A stretch of 47,791 bases of DNA from an uncultured Ruminiclostridium sp. (GTDB taxonomy: Bacteria; Bacillota; Clostridia; Oscillospirales; Oscillospiraceae), in the NCBI GenBank assembly GCA_964611025.1, contig CAZSWQ010000001.1, positions 1 to 47,791 of the forward strand, written 5' to 3'. A program made the translations under genes and the position numbers. The notes below the pieces were generated by a model. The model did not search any database. It was not told where the DNA came from and saw nothing but the letters and a program-made list of their open reading frames with translations. Below are positions 21,774-30,896 of the stretch, piece after piece. The stretch's first letter is position 1, and each line of letters starts with the position of its first letter.

Positions 21774-23045
21774 TTAGCCCTCCTTTTGTGCTTGCAAGGC
21801 ACGTTGTCCAATGTCAGTGCGGTAATAGGCATTGTCAAAGGTCACGCGCTTGACCTGTGCATAGGAATTTTCAATGGCAACTGCCAAATTCTTGCCCGTG
21901 GCGGTGACGCCCAGAACACGACCGCCTGCGGTTTTCAAAACGCCGTCTTGCAACTTGCCACCTGCGACAAACACTTCGCCGTCCAAATCGCTGGGGATGG
22001 TGATGGGGAAGCCCGTTTCATACTTGTCAGGATAGCCCTGAGATGCCATGACGACACAGCAAGCAGAACCCGTGCTGAACTTGACTTCCGTAGAAGCCAA
22101 GGTTTCATTGGCGGTTGCCTGCATGATGGTCAAAAGGTCGCTTTCCAAAAGGGGCAGGACAACTTGGGTTTCGGGGTCACCAAAACGGCAGTTGTATTCA
22201 ATGACCTTAGGACCATTGGGGGTCAGCATGAGACCGAAATACAGACAGCCCTTGAAGGGTCTGCCCTCGGTGTTCATGGCTTCCATGGAGGGCAGGAAAA
22301 TTTCACGCATGCAGTAGTCGGCAATGTCGGGGGTGTAATAGGGGTTGGGGGCAATCGTGCCCATACCGCCCGTATTCAAGCCTTGGTCGCCGTCCAGTGC
22401 GCGCTTGTGATCCATAGAGGAGACCATGGGAATGAGGGTCTTGCCGTCGGTGAAGCTCAGAACGGAGACCTCAGGGCCGGTCAAAAATTCTTCGATGACG
22501 ACTTGAGAACCACTGTCGCCGAAAATCTTATCTTCCATCATGGAGCGTACCGCAGATTTTGCCTCGTCACGGGTCTGGGCGATGATGACACCCTTGCCCA
22601 GTGCCAAACCATCTGCCTTGACAACAGTGGGGATGGGTGCAGTCTCGAGATAGGTCAAGGCGGACTCCAAGTCGGTGAAAACTTCGTAAGCGGCGGTGGG
22701 AATGTTGTATTTTTTCATCAGATTCTTGGAGAAGACCTTACTGCCCTCCAAGATGGCTGCTTTTTTGTTTGGGCCAAAGCAGGGCACACCCACGGCTTCC
22801 AGTGCATCGACACAGCCGAGCACCAGTGGGTCATCGGGGGCAACCACGGCAAAATCAATCTGATGTTCTTTGGCAAAAGCGGCAATTTTGTCAATGTCCT
22901 TCGCGCCAATGTCCACGCAGGTGGCGTCCAGTGCAATGCCCCCGTTGCCAGGCAGGGCATAGAGTTCTGTGATGCTGTCATTTTTACGCAGGGTCTTGAC
23001 GATGGTATGCTCACGACCACCGCCACCAACAACCAATACTTTCAT
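21774..23045 (-). CDS. purD: Phosphoribosylamine--glycine ligase
   Basis: GGGGREH, KADGLALGKGV, NTGGMG, RFGDPE. Confidence 0.97.
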   Translation of the reverse strand: MKVLVVGGGGREHTIVKTLRKNDSITELYALPGNGGIALDATCVDIGAKDIDKIAAFAKEHQIDFAVVAPDDPLVLGCVDALEAVGVPCFGPNKKAAILEGSKVFSKNLMKKYNIPTAAYEVFTDLESALTYLETAPIPTVVKADGLALGKGVIIAQTRDEAKSAVRSMMEDKIFGDSGSQVVIEEFLTGPEVSVLSFTDGKTLIPMVSSMDHKRALDGDQGLNTGGMGTIAPNPYYTPDIADYCMREIFLPSMEAMNTEGRPFKGCLYFGLMLTPNGPKVIEYNCRFGDPETQVVLPLLESDLLTIMQATANETLASTEVKFSTGSACCVVMASQGYPDKYETGFPITIPSDLDGEVFVAGGKLQDGVLKTAGGRVLGVTATGKNLAVAIENSYAQVKRVTFDNAYYRTDIGQRALQAQKEG

Positions 23046-23060
23046 AGGGTCACCTCTCTC

Positions 23061-24248
23061 TTAATGGTGGAACAAACGCATGCCCGTAAATGCCATGACA
23101 ATGTTGTGCTTGTTGCAGGTTGCAATGACATTGTCATCACGGACAGAGCCACCCGGTTGGGCGATGTAGGACACACCACTGCGTTTGGCACGTTCGATGT
23201 TGTCGCCAAAGGGGAAGAAGGCATCACTGCCGACGGTTACACCAGAAATGGTGGCGAGATAGGCTTGCTTTTCCGCCTTGGTGAAGGGTTCAGGACGGGT
23301 CTTGAAGAAGTTCTCCCAGACGTCGTCGCCCAAAACATCGGCACTGTCATCATCGGAGAGATACAGGTCGATGGTGTTGTCTCGGTCGGGACGGCGAATG
23401 TCGTCACGGAAGGGCAGATTCAAGACCTTGGGATGCTGACGCAGTTGCCAAGTATCTGCCTTTTGCCCTGCCAGACGGGTGCAGTGGATGCGGGACTGCT
23501 GACCTGCACCGACACCGATTGCCTGACCATCTACGGCGAAGCAAACGGAATTGGACTGGGTGTATTTCAAGGTAATGAGGGCGACAATCATGTCACGCTT
23601 TGCGTTGTCGGGCAGGGTTTTATTTTCGGTCACGATTTCCTGCAAGAGGGCTTCGTTGATGGCAAAATTATTTCTGCCCTGTTCAAAGCTAATGCCAAAG
23701 ACCTGCTTTTTTTCTGCCACTTCGGGGATGTAATTGGGGTCAATGGCAACAATGTTGTAATTGCCATTGCGCTTACCCTTGAGGATTTCCAAGGCTTCTG
23801 CGTCGTAGCCAGGGGCGATGATGCCGTCGGAGACTTCACGGGCGATGATGCGTGCGGTGGTGACGTCGCAGACATCAGAGAGGGCAATCCAGTCGCCAAA
23901 GGAGCACATGCGGTCAGTGCCACGGGCACGGGCATAGGCACAGGCGATGGGGGAATCATTCAAACCTGCAATATCATCCACGAAACAAGCACGGGCGAGG
24001 GTATCGGAGAGGGGAAGACCGACCGCCGCAGAGGTGGGGCTGACGTGCTTAAAGGAAGTGGCGGTGGGGATATCCACAGCTTCCTTAATTTCCTTGACGA
24101 GTTGCCAGCTGTTGAAGGCATCGAGGAAGTTGATGTAGCCAGGGCGACCATTGAGAATTTCAATGGGCAAATCCTTGCCGTTTTCCATGTAAATCTCAGC
24201 GGGCTTCTGGTTGGGGTTACAACCGTATTTCAATTCAAAACGGGTCAT
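23061..24248 (-). CDS. purH: AICAR formyltransferase (PurH lacking N-terminal IMP cyclohydrolase domain)
   Basis: Starts at LKYGCNPNQ; SFKHVSP, GAGQQSRIHC, SDAFFPF, QPGGS, RLFHH; ATG at 24248. Confidence 0.92.
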   Translation of the reverse strand: MTRFELKYGCNPNQKPAEIYMENGKDLPIEILNGRPGYINFLDAFNSWQLVKEIKEAVDIPTATSFKHVSPTSAAVGLPLSDTLARACFVDDIAGLNDSPIACAYARARGTDRMCSFGDWIALSDVCDVTTARIIAREVSDGIIAPGYDAEALEILKGKRNGNYNIVAIDPNYIPEVAEKKQVFGISFEQGRNNFAINEALLQEIVTENKTLPDNAKRDMIVALITLKYTQSNSVCFAVDGQAIGVGAGQQSRIHCTRLAGQKADTWQLRQHPKVLNLPFRDDIRRPDRDNTIDLYLSDDDSADVLGDDVWENFFKTRPEPFTKAEKQAYLATISGVTVGSDAFFPFGDNIERAKRSGVSYIAQPGGSVRDDNVIATCNKHNIVMAFTGMRLFHH

Positions 24249-24967
24249 GCTTCTCCTCCATGTTTGTTGATGATGATTTCTTCCACAGCACCCGTTGCCA
24301 GACTGGTGAAACGGACGTAGAGAGAAATTTTGTTGTCGGTGTTCAGGTTCTGCCAAATGTCATTGGCAAAGGTTTTGGCATCGTTGGCGGTGATGGCAAC
24401 CCGTTCAGGCTCACCGAAGAAAGCGGGCAGAGGGTTGCCGTCCTGCTGGTAGGTGTGGATGAAGTGACCCACACCAGCCAAGGGGGCATAGTCAAAGCTA
24501 TGGCGGTTGCAGGCAGAGCCTTCGGCATCAGCACTTTTCAAAATGGACAGGGTATATGCCCCGTTCTGTTCCAAAAGACCAGAAATGCGGGAGGTGAAAT
24601 TGGGGGCATCGGGTTCAAATTCACGGGTCAAAAGGGCATCTGTGAAGGACTTGCCTTCCTGCAAAAAGTCACGCACGGTGTCGGTCTGGTCGCCGTTGGT
24701 CACGACCAAGTGCTTTCCGACCATACGGACGGGATGATAGATAATCAAAGAGGGGTCTTCCAACTTGGAGGGGTCATGGGCTTCGGTGCGAATGCCGTCA
24801 GGGGTCTTGGCAAAAATGCGGTTACGGCTGTTTTGGCTGCGCCCCATGATGAAATAAGCGACGGCAGACTGTGTGCCGTCAGGGGTTTGTCCCAAGACAA
24901 TCCCACGACCAGGGTAGCTGTTTTCGCTCAGCAAGGTATTCAAATCATACGAGGTATGTACGCTCAT
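24245..24967 (-). CDS. Stand-alone IMP cyclohydrolase-like protein (PurO-like fold)
   Basis: YPGRGI, YFIMGRS.NSRNR, VTNGDQTD, FEPD.PNFT.RISG; overlaps purH start. Confidence 0.85.
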   Translation of the reverse strand: MSVHTSYDLNTLLSENSYPGRGIVLGQTPDGTQSAVAYFIMGRSQNSRNRIFAKTPDGIRTEAHDPSKLEDPSLIIYHPVRMVGKHLVVTNGDQTDTVRDFLQEGKSFTDALLTREFEPDAPNFTSRISGLLEQNGAYTLSILKSADAEGSACNRHSFDYAPLAGVGHFIHTYQQDGNPLPAFFGEPERVAITANDAKTFANDIWQNLNTDNKISLYVRFTSLATGAVEEIIINKHGGEA

Positions 24968-24981
24968 GCCTTCGTTCTCCT

Positions 24982-25593
24982 TTATGCGTCAAGTTCTGCC
25001 AGTTGCTTGGCAACCAGCTCACAGGCACGGGGCAAAAGTTCCCATTCTGCCTCCTCCATGACCCGTTTTTGTAAGGTTTCTGGGGTGTCGCCGTCCAGCA
25101 CGGGTACGGCTTTTTGCAAGATGATTTCGCCCCCGTCGGGGATTTCGTTCACAAAATGCACCGTCGCCCCTGTCAGCTTCACACCGTAGGCGAGGGCTGC
25201 CTCATGGACATGCAGACCATAAAAGCCCTTGCCACAGAAGGAGGGAATCAGGGCGGGGTGGACATTGATGATACGCTTAGGGTAAGCAGAGGTGAACGGC
25301 TCGGTCAGAATCCGCATGAAGCCCGCCAGAACAATCAGCCCAACACCACGCTCTGCCAAAATGCCCTTGAGGGTCTGCTCAAAGTCGTCTTGGCTGGGGT
25401 ATGCTTCACGGGAAAGGACAATCGCCTCGACCCCGTGCTGTTTGGCACGCTCTAGGGCATATGCCTTGGGGTTATTGGACAGCACCAAGACAATCTCCCC
25501 ACTGGGTATCTTCCCTGCGTTTTGGGCATCGAGCAGGGCTTGCAAGTTCGTACCGCCCCCTGAGACCAAAACGGCAATTTTCGTTTTTACCAT
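24982..25593 (-). CDS. purN: Phosphoribosylglycinamide formyltransferase
   Basis: [29 protein letters not shown]. Confidence 0.97.
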   Translation of the reverse strand: MVKTKIAVLVSGGGTNLQALLDAQNAGKIPSGEIVLVLSNNPKAYALERAKQHGVEAIVLSREAYPSQDDFEQTLKGILAERGVGLIVLAGFMRILTEPFTSAYPKRIINVHPALIPSFCGKGFYGLHVHEAALAYGVKLTGATVHFVNEIPDGGEIILQKAVPVLDGDTPETLQKRVMEEAEWELLPRACELVAKQLAELDA

Positions 25594-26633
25594 ACGATGA
25601 CACCCTCATCGCCTGCGACGATTTCGCCCAAGATGTGGGGCATTTCGCCTGCCTGACGCAGGGCTTCCATGGCTTTTTCCGCATCTGCCTTGGCGACCAC
25701 CACAGTCATGCCAATGCCCATATTAAAGGTATTGAACATTTCCTTGCGGGGCACATTGCCCAGACGTTCGACCATCTGGAAAATGGGCAGGACGGGCACA
25801 CGGGCTTCTTCAATCTTCGCCGTCATGCCAGCGGGCAAGCTGCGGGGAATATTTTCATAGAAGCCACCGCCCGTGATGTGGGAGACGGACTTGATTTGGA
25901 CTTGTTCGGACAGTGCCAAAATGCTCTTAACATAAATGCGGGTGGGGGTCAGGAGGGTTTCGCCCAAGGACGCTCCGCCCAATTCTGCCACAGGGGCTTT
26001 CAGGTCGGCAGTTTCCACACCCAAGACCTTACGCACCAAGGAGAAGCCATTGGAATGGACACCAGAGGAGGGCAAGCCGATGATGACGTCGCCTGCTGCG
26101 ATGGTGTTCTTATCAAAAATCTTGCTCTTGTCCACCACACCCACGGAGAAGCCCGCCAAGTCGTATTCATCCACGGGATAGAAACCTGGCATTTCTGCCG
26201 TCTCACCACCCGTGATGGCACAACCAGCCTGCACACAACCCTCTGCAACACCTGCCACGATGGAGGCGACTTTTTCGGGGATGTTCTTGCCCAGTGCCAT
26301 ATAGTCCAAGAAAAACAGGGGCTTTGCGCCACAGCAGACAATGTCATTGACGCACATGGCAACGCAGTCAATGCCCACCGTGTCGTGCTTGTCCATCAAA
26401 AATGCCAGCTTCAATTTCGTACCGACACCGTCCGTGCCACTGACCAGAACGGGCTTTTCCATGCCCGTCACGTCCAGTTCAAAGAGACCGCCAAAGCCAC
26501 CGATGTCGGCGGACGCACCGGAAATGATGGTGCGGGCGATGTGCTGTTTCATGAGTTCCACAGCCTTGTATCCTGCGGTGATGTCAACGCCAGCAGCTGC
26601 ATAGCTGCTCGATGCAGAGTTCGTATGTGTCAT
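25587..26633 (-). CDS. purM: AIR synthase
   Basis: [39 protein letters not shown] at 26633. Confidence 0.97.
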   Translation of the reverse strand: MTHTNSASSSYAAAGVDITAGYKAVELMKQHIARTIISGASADIGGFGGLFELDVTGMEKPVLVSGTDGVGTKLKLAFLMDKHDTVGIDCVAMCVNDIVCCGAKPLFFLDYMALGKNIPEKVASIVAGVAEGCVQAGCAITGGETAEMPGFYPVDEYDLAGFSVGVVDKSKIFDKNTIAAGDVIIGLPSSGVHSNGFSLVRKVLGVETADLKAPVAELGGASLGETLLTPTRIYVKSILALSEQVQIKSVSHITGGGFYENIPRSLPAGMTAKIEEARVPVLPIFQMVERLGNVPRKEMFNTFNMGIGMTVVVAKADAEKAMEALRQAGEMPHILGEIVAGDEGVIVW

Positions 26634-26640
26634 AGTGATA

Positions 26641-28062
26641 TTATCCCTTTCCGTTCCAACAGTAGGTACACAGCTTGCAGGGGTCGACCCCGATTGCCTC
26701 AATCAAACCCTCGAGCGATTGATACTCCAAGCTGGTAAAGTGCAAATCTTCACAAATCTTTTGACGCATCTTCTGACCGCGCTCGGTCTTAGCGTCCATG
26801 TACTCGTCCAGATGTTCCATACCTTCTTCGCCCTCGAGTGACATGATGGTTTTGCGGGCGAGCAAATCCATTTCGGAATTGCTGCGGGAGAAATTCAAGT
26901 ATTTACAGCTGTACATGATGGGGGGACAGGCAGAGCGGATGTGTACCTCTTTTGCCCCATTTTCATACAAAAATTCTACAGTTTCACGCAACTGTGTCCC
27001 ACGGACAATGCTGTCATCGACAAAGAGCAGTTTCTTGCCCTCAATGAGTTCATGGACGGGAATCTGCTTCATTTTAGCAATTTGATTGCGTTCTTTCTGG
27101 TTGTTGGGGGTGAAGCTACGAGGCCAAGTGGGGGTATACTTGATGAAGGGACGGGCAAAGGTCAGTCCACTTTCATTTGCATAGCCGATGGCATGGGGTG
27201 TCCCTGAATCAGGCACACCGCTCACATAGTCAATGTCCATGCTATTGCCCTTGGCTTCATCTGCACGGGCGAGGATGCGTCCGTTTTGGTTACGCATGAC
27301 TTCGACATTCACACCCTCGTAGTTCGAGTTGGGGTAGCCGTAATATGTCCATAAAAAGGCACACATTCTCATTTCTTTCCTAGGAGCAACCAAAGTTTCA
27401 TAGCCCTCGGATGTGATTTTCACCACTTCCCCAGGCCCTAACTCATACGCATTGTGATAACCCAATTTCTGATAGGCAAAGGATTCAAAGGCAACGGCAT
27501 AGCCGTCTTCGTCTTTGCCGACCAAGATGGGCAAGCGTCCCACACGGTCACGCCCCACATAAAGGGCATCTTCCGTCATGAGCAAAATGGATGCTGTGCC
27601 CGCTACGACTTCCTGTGCAAAGGCAAGCCCCTCGGCAAAGCTATCTTTCTGGCTGATGATGGCGGCAATGAGTTCTGTCCCATTGACCTTGCCACTGGTC
27701 ATCGCCTCAAAGTGATAGCCCCCCTTGTTCAAAATTCTCTGTATCAAGTCCTCGGCATTGTTGATGACACCTGTGATACAAATGGCATACGTACCCAGAC
27801 CCGAACGCACCAGAAGGGGCTGAGGGTCGGTATCGCTGATACAGCCGATACAGACTTTGCCATCCATCTCCTCCGTCACACCCTCGAACTTGGTACGGAA
27901 GGGAGAATTTTCAATATTGTGAATATCACGCTGAAAGCCCTTTTTTGAACCAAAGGCAGCCATACCGCCACGGCGGTTGCCCAAATGGGAGTGATAGTCC
28001 ACGCCAAAAAATACATCTAGCACTGTGTCACGCTTGGAAACTGCACCAAAAAAACCACCCAT
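26641..28062 (-). CDS. purF: Amidophosphoribosyltransferase, glutaminase-degenerate variant
   Basis: PRTase motifs VPDSG and [10 protein letters not shown] plus Fe-S cysteines (CTYC) retained; N-terminus MGGFFG lacks Cys1. Confidence 0.92.
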   Translation of the reverse strand: MGGFFGAVSKRDTVLDVFFGVDYHSHLGNRRGGMAAFGSKKGFQRDIHNIENSPFRTKFEGVTEEMDGKVCIGCISDTDPQPLLVRSGLGTYAICITGVINNAEDLIQRILNKGGYHFEAMTSGKVNGTELIAAIISQKDSFAEGLAFAQEVVAGTASILLMTEDALYVGRDRVGRLPILVGKDEDGYAVAFESFAYQKLGYHNAYELGPGEVVKITSEGYETLVAPRKEMRMCAFLWTYYGYPNSNYEGVNVEVMRNQNGRILARADEAKGNSMDIDYVSGVPDSGTPHAIGYANESGLTFARPFIKYTPTWPRSFTPNNQKERNQIAKMKQIPVHELIEGKKLLFVDDSIVRGTQLRETVEFLYENGAKEVHIRSACPPIMYSCKYLNFSRSNSEMDLLARKTIMSLEGEEGMEHLDEYMDAKTERGQKMRQKICEDLHFTSLEYQSLEGLIEAIGVDPCKLCTYCWNGKG

Positions 28063-28086
28063 AGTGGATTAGACCTCCTGAAAGCA

Positions 28087-28115
28087 CGCCCGATTGCCTA
28101 GGGGACAATCGGGCG
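28087..28115 (-). other. Intercistronic stem-loop between purC and purF
   Basis: CGCCCGATTG...CAATCGGGCG 10-bp stem with weak U-tract. Confidence 0.5.
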
Positions 28116-28148
28116 ATAATATGTGTTCGACTTGTTTGTGTAGTGTGC

Positions 28149-28829
28149 TTATGCGAAGAACAATTCGGAGAGGGTCATGGGCTGGATATACTGACCGTCC
28201 TTGTACACACGCATGTTGCCAGAAGCGATTTCGTCGATGAGCATGACGTCGCCCTTGTCGTCGTAACCGAATTCAAACTTGATATCATAGAGCACCAGAC
28301 CCTTTTCTTTGAGGTCGTCTGCAACAACCTGCGTGATTTTCTGGGTCATTTCTTTGATGGCATCGTACTGGGCATCGCTCAAGACACCCAAAGCAACCAG
28401 AGCATCCTTTGTGACCAGAGGGTCGCCCTTGTCGTCGTCCTTGAAAGTGGTTTCGACGTAAGCGGGCAGGTCTGCACCTTCTGCGATGTAATCGCCATAG
28501 CGACGGAAGAAGCTACCGACTGCCTTATGACGGCAGATGACTTCCAGACCCTTGCCAAAGACCTTTGCGGGGAGGACTTCCATGGTGACTTTGTCGAGGT
28601 CAGCAGAGACATAGTGGGTCTTAATGCCAGCGGCCTTCAGCTTTTCAAAGAAATGGATGGACATACGCAGGTTGACACGACCGACGCCTTCGATTTGCAG
28701 ACCGACGGTGTTTGCACCTGGGTCGAAGACACCGTTTTCACCCGTGACGTCGTCCTTGAATTGCAGGAGATAGTTGCCGTTGTCCAGTGCGTATACGTCT
28801 TTGGTCTTACCCTGATAAACTTTGTTCAT
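28149..28829 (-). CDS. purC: SAICAR synthetase
   Basis: [30 protein letters not shown] at 28829, 8 nt after GGAGG. Confidence 0.93.
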   Translation of the reverse strand: MNKVYQGKTKDVYALDNGNYLLQFKDDVTGENGVFDPGANTVGLQIEGVGRVNLRMSIHFFEKLKAAGIKTHYVSADLDKVTMEVLPAKVFGKGLEVICRHKAVGSFFRRYGDYIAEGADLPAYVETTFKDDDKGDPLVTKDALVALGVLSDAQYDAIKEMTQKITQVVADDLKEKGLVLYDIKFEFGYDDKGDVMLIDEIASGNMRVYKDGQYIQPMTLSELFFA

Positions 28830-28909
28830 ATTCATATCCTCCAAAATAATCTATGGTTTATGTGTGGGAGAGACTTGCTCTCCGTATTACAACAAAAGAA
28901 AAGTGGAAC

Positions 28910-29404
28910 TCAGTGCTGGTATTTTGCGACGATTTCGGCATCTTTTGCCAGAATCTTTGCACGGTCGGCATCACGGGCTGCCTGTAATTTTTCGGCGAGG
29001 TTGGGTTCTTCTACCGCCAGAATCTGGATGGCGAGGAGCGCAGCATTGGCAGCACCATCAATGGCGACGGTGGCAACGGGCATACCGGTGGGCATTTGTA
29101 CGGTGGAGAGCAGGGCATCGAGACCGTCCAGCGTAGAGGACTTGACGGGAATGCCGATGACGGGGAGCGTGGTGTTGGCAGCAATCGCCCCTGCGAGGTG
29201 GGCGGCTTTGCCAGCGGCGGCGATGATGGCGGCGACACCATTTTCTCTTGCACCTTGGGCAAAGGCACGGGCTTCTTCGGGGGTGCGGTGTGCGGAGTAG
29301 ATGTGTACCTCAAAGGGTACGGCGAATTCTTCGAGCTTTTCCATGGCCTTGGAAACCACGGGCAAATCACTGTCACTGCCCATGACGATGGCAATTTTTT
29401 TCAT
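28910..29404 (-). CDS. purE: N5-CAIR mutase (class I PurE)
   Basis: MGSDSD, SAHRTP, AAHLAG, PVIGIP, PVATV. Confidence 0.97.
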   Translation of the reverse strand: MKKIAIVMGSDSDLPVVSKAMEKLEEFAVPFEVHIYSAHRTPEEARAFAQGARENGVAAIIAAAGKAAHLAGAIAANTTLPVIGIPVKSSTLDGLDALLSTVQMPTGMPVATVAIDGAANAALLAIQILAVEEPNLAEKLQAARDADRAKILAKDAEIVAKYQH

Positions 29405-29432
29405 CAAGAAATGTCCTCCTTATGTGCTGGTC

Positions 29433-29488
29433 AAAAAGCAAAAGAGGGCAGTCCGATTCCCTGTTAACAATGGAGAATTGAACTGCCC
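29433..29488 (-). terminator. Riboswitch expression-platform terminator
   Basis: GGGCAGTTC...GGACTGCCC-TCTTTTGCTTTTT overlapping the aptamer 3' end. Confidence 0.75.
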
Positions 29489-29555
29489 AGACGGTCGGCG
29501 TTACCGGGCTGTTTGCTCCCTTGTGGTAGTCCACATTCCGTCAGTCACAAAAGCC
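29484..29555 (-). ncRNA. ZMP/ZTP (pfl) riboswitch aptamer
   Basis: GTGACTGACGGAA-TGTGGA-CTACCAC-AAGGGAGC...CGCCGACCGTCTGGGCA matches the pfl consensus as I know it; lies upstream of pur genes and fhs. Confidence 0.93.
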
Positions 29556-29575
29556 TTTTTATTTTTTACGACTTT

Positions 29576-29604
29576 ATTATACTACGAATCTATTTTTTCG
29601 TCAA
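29576..29604 (-). promoter_or_regulatory. SigA promoter of pur operon
   Basis: TTGACG-17 nt-TATAAT. Confidence 0.82.
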
Positions 29605-29714
29605 TTCACCAGAGTAGCAGGATTTTGAATTTTTTCAAGTTTTGGACTGTATATTTTCTCTCATAGGGCAATTTTGCCACGGGACACAGGCAAATATACA
29701 GTATTTGGGAAAAA

Positions 29715-30170
29715 TCAGGGCAGTGGCTTGCCTGCCAAGTCGACCAGTACAATATCCACGGGGGCGATTTGGTAGAGCGTCCACGGCAGGGTAGTATCGT
29801 CGGCATAGTGCAAAACATAGTAACCATCTTGACGGGCGAGGCGTTCGCAGTCGTTTCCATTGCAGGAAATGGTCTGGACGGCTTCGCCGTCTTTGAAGAA
29901 GATATACTTGCTGGTCATGGCAACACCAACCTCATCTTCTGGGATTTTGTCGCCGATGGTGGCACGGTTGAAGCTGTCTACAAAGGCATGGAGGGTGTCG
30001 GGGTCGGTGATGGTTTTGCTCTCCGCACCCAAGGCGGGGTTGCCCATGGCGGAAATGATTTGGATGCTGTCGACCATGTCATAAGAGAGCTGGGGCAAAT
30101 TGCTGGGTGTAGAGGCACAGCCCATCAGCAAGCAGACAAAGAGCAAAGCGAACGAGATGATTTTTTTCAT
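29715..30170 (-). CDS. Hypothetical lipoprotein
   Basis: MKK + hydrophobic stretch + LMG-C lipobox; AAGGAG RBS. Confidence 0.8.
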   Translation of the reverse strand: MKKIISFALLFVCLLMGCASTPSNLPQLSYDMVDSIQIISAMGNPALGAESKTITDPDTLHAFVDSFNRATIGDKIPEDEVGVAMTSKYIFFKDGEAVQTISCNGNDCERLARQDGYYVLHYADDTTLPWTLYQIAPVDIVLVDLAGKPLP

Positions 30171-30198
30171 GTATGGTACTCCTTTACGGGTGGGTTAT

Positions 30199-30266
30199 GG
30201 GGACGCCGAGGACGCCGTCCCTTGCGGGGTGTATTGGTTGCTCGGGCGGATGATATCCGCCCCTAC
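30199..30266 (-). repeat. REP-like doublet (A, B)
   Basis: GTAGGGGCGGATATCATCCGCCC (30266-30244) and GCAAGGGACGGCGTCCTCGGCGTCCCC (30225-30199). Confidence 0.8.
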
Positions 30267-30269
30267 GGG

Positions 30270-30677
30270 TCAATCCGTGGTGACTTGGCAACTGACCACC
30301 ACACCGTTTTCAAAATCGAGCAAGAGCCATGCGCTGTCAATGGAGATGAGGGAAGGCTCTGCACCCAGCCAGTAAACGAAACGGTTTTCGGCATAAAAAT
30401 AGCCTGTTTCATCCGCTACACCCAAAAGGGCGAGAATCTCCTGTTCTGTTTTGCCCAAAAGTTCGTGCTGATGCAATAAATCATTGACCATAGAAACCCG
30501 TTTTTCTGGGGTGCTCGCCCAAGTTGCGGGACTGAACTGGTGATTTTTATGATAGGAGAGCAGAAAAACACCGACCAGCAAAGCGATGGATACGAGACAG
30601 ACAAGGGTCACGGTTTGGATGCGTTTTAGGGTACGTCGTTCTTGGGTGACGGTTTCTTCTGTCCAAGGCTGTTTCAT
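30270..30677 (-). CDS. Hypothetical membrane-anchored protein
   Basis: ATG at 30677 after GGAGG; single N-terminal TM; LLGKTEQEILALLG segment loosely resembles SmpA/OmlA-like domains. Confidence 0.75.
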   Translation of the reverse strand: MKQPWTEETVTQERRTLKRIQTVTLVCLVSIALLVGVFLLSYHKNHQFSPATWASTPEKRVSMVNDLLHQHELLGKTEQEILALLGVADETGYFYAENRFVYWLGAEPSLISIDSAWLLLDFENGVVVSCQVTTD

Positions 30678-30748
30678 GGCAAGACCTCCCGTGTTTTGAG
30701 ACATGATGTGTAGATTTTGGGGCGTCCATACGCCGTCATATGCACTGC

Positions 30749-30822
30749 GGGACGATGTGGGCATCGTCCCCTACTGAGAATTGGGTTTTATGTTTGGGGA
30801 TGTCGAGGACACCGTCCCCTAC
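30749..30822 (-). repeat. REP-like doublet (B, C)
   Basis: GTAGGGGACGGTGTCCTCGACATCCCC (30822-30796) and GTAGGGGACGATGCCCACATCGTCCC (30774-30749). Confidence 0.82.
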
Positions 30823-30844
30823 AAGTGTTTTTATGGATATATAG

Positions 30845-30875
30845 AAAAACCCGCCCTCGAAAGAGGGCGGGTTTT
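30845..30875 (-). terminator. Intrinsic terminator of aminotransferase gene
   Basis: AAAACCCGCCCTC-GAAA-GAGGGCGGGTTTT. Confidence 0.85.
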
Positions 30876-30896
30876 GAAACACAACGTGTTTTAGGA

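Noticed and set aside
18040..21777. 1245-aa plus-strand ORF and other long antisense ORFs (7..1641, 10639..12498, 16391..17998, 21786..24320, 30717..32141, 46493..47701)
   Set aside because: They mirror well-identified genes on the opposite strand and have no recognisable motifs; they are shadow ORFs caused by codon bias
30199..30822. Palindromic repeats with spacers as a possible CRISPR array
   Set aside because: Repeats are not identical, spacing is irregular, whole genes lie between them and no cas genes are present
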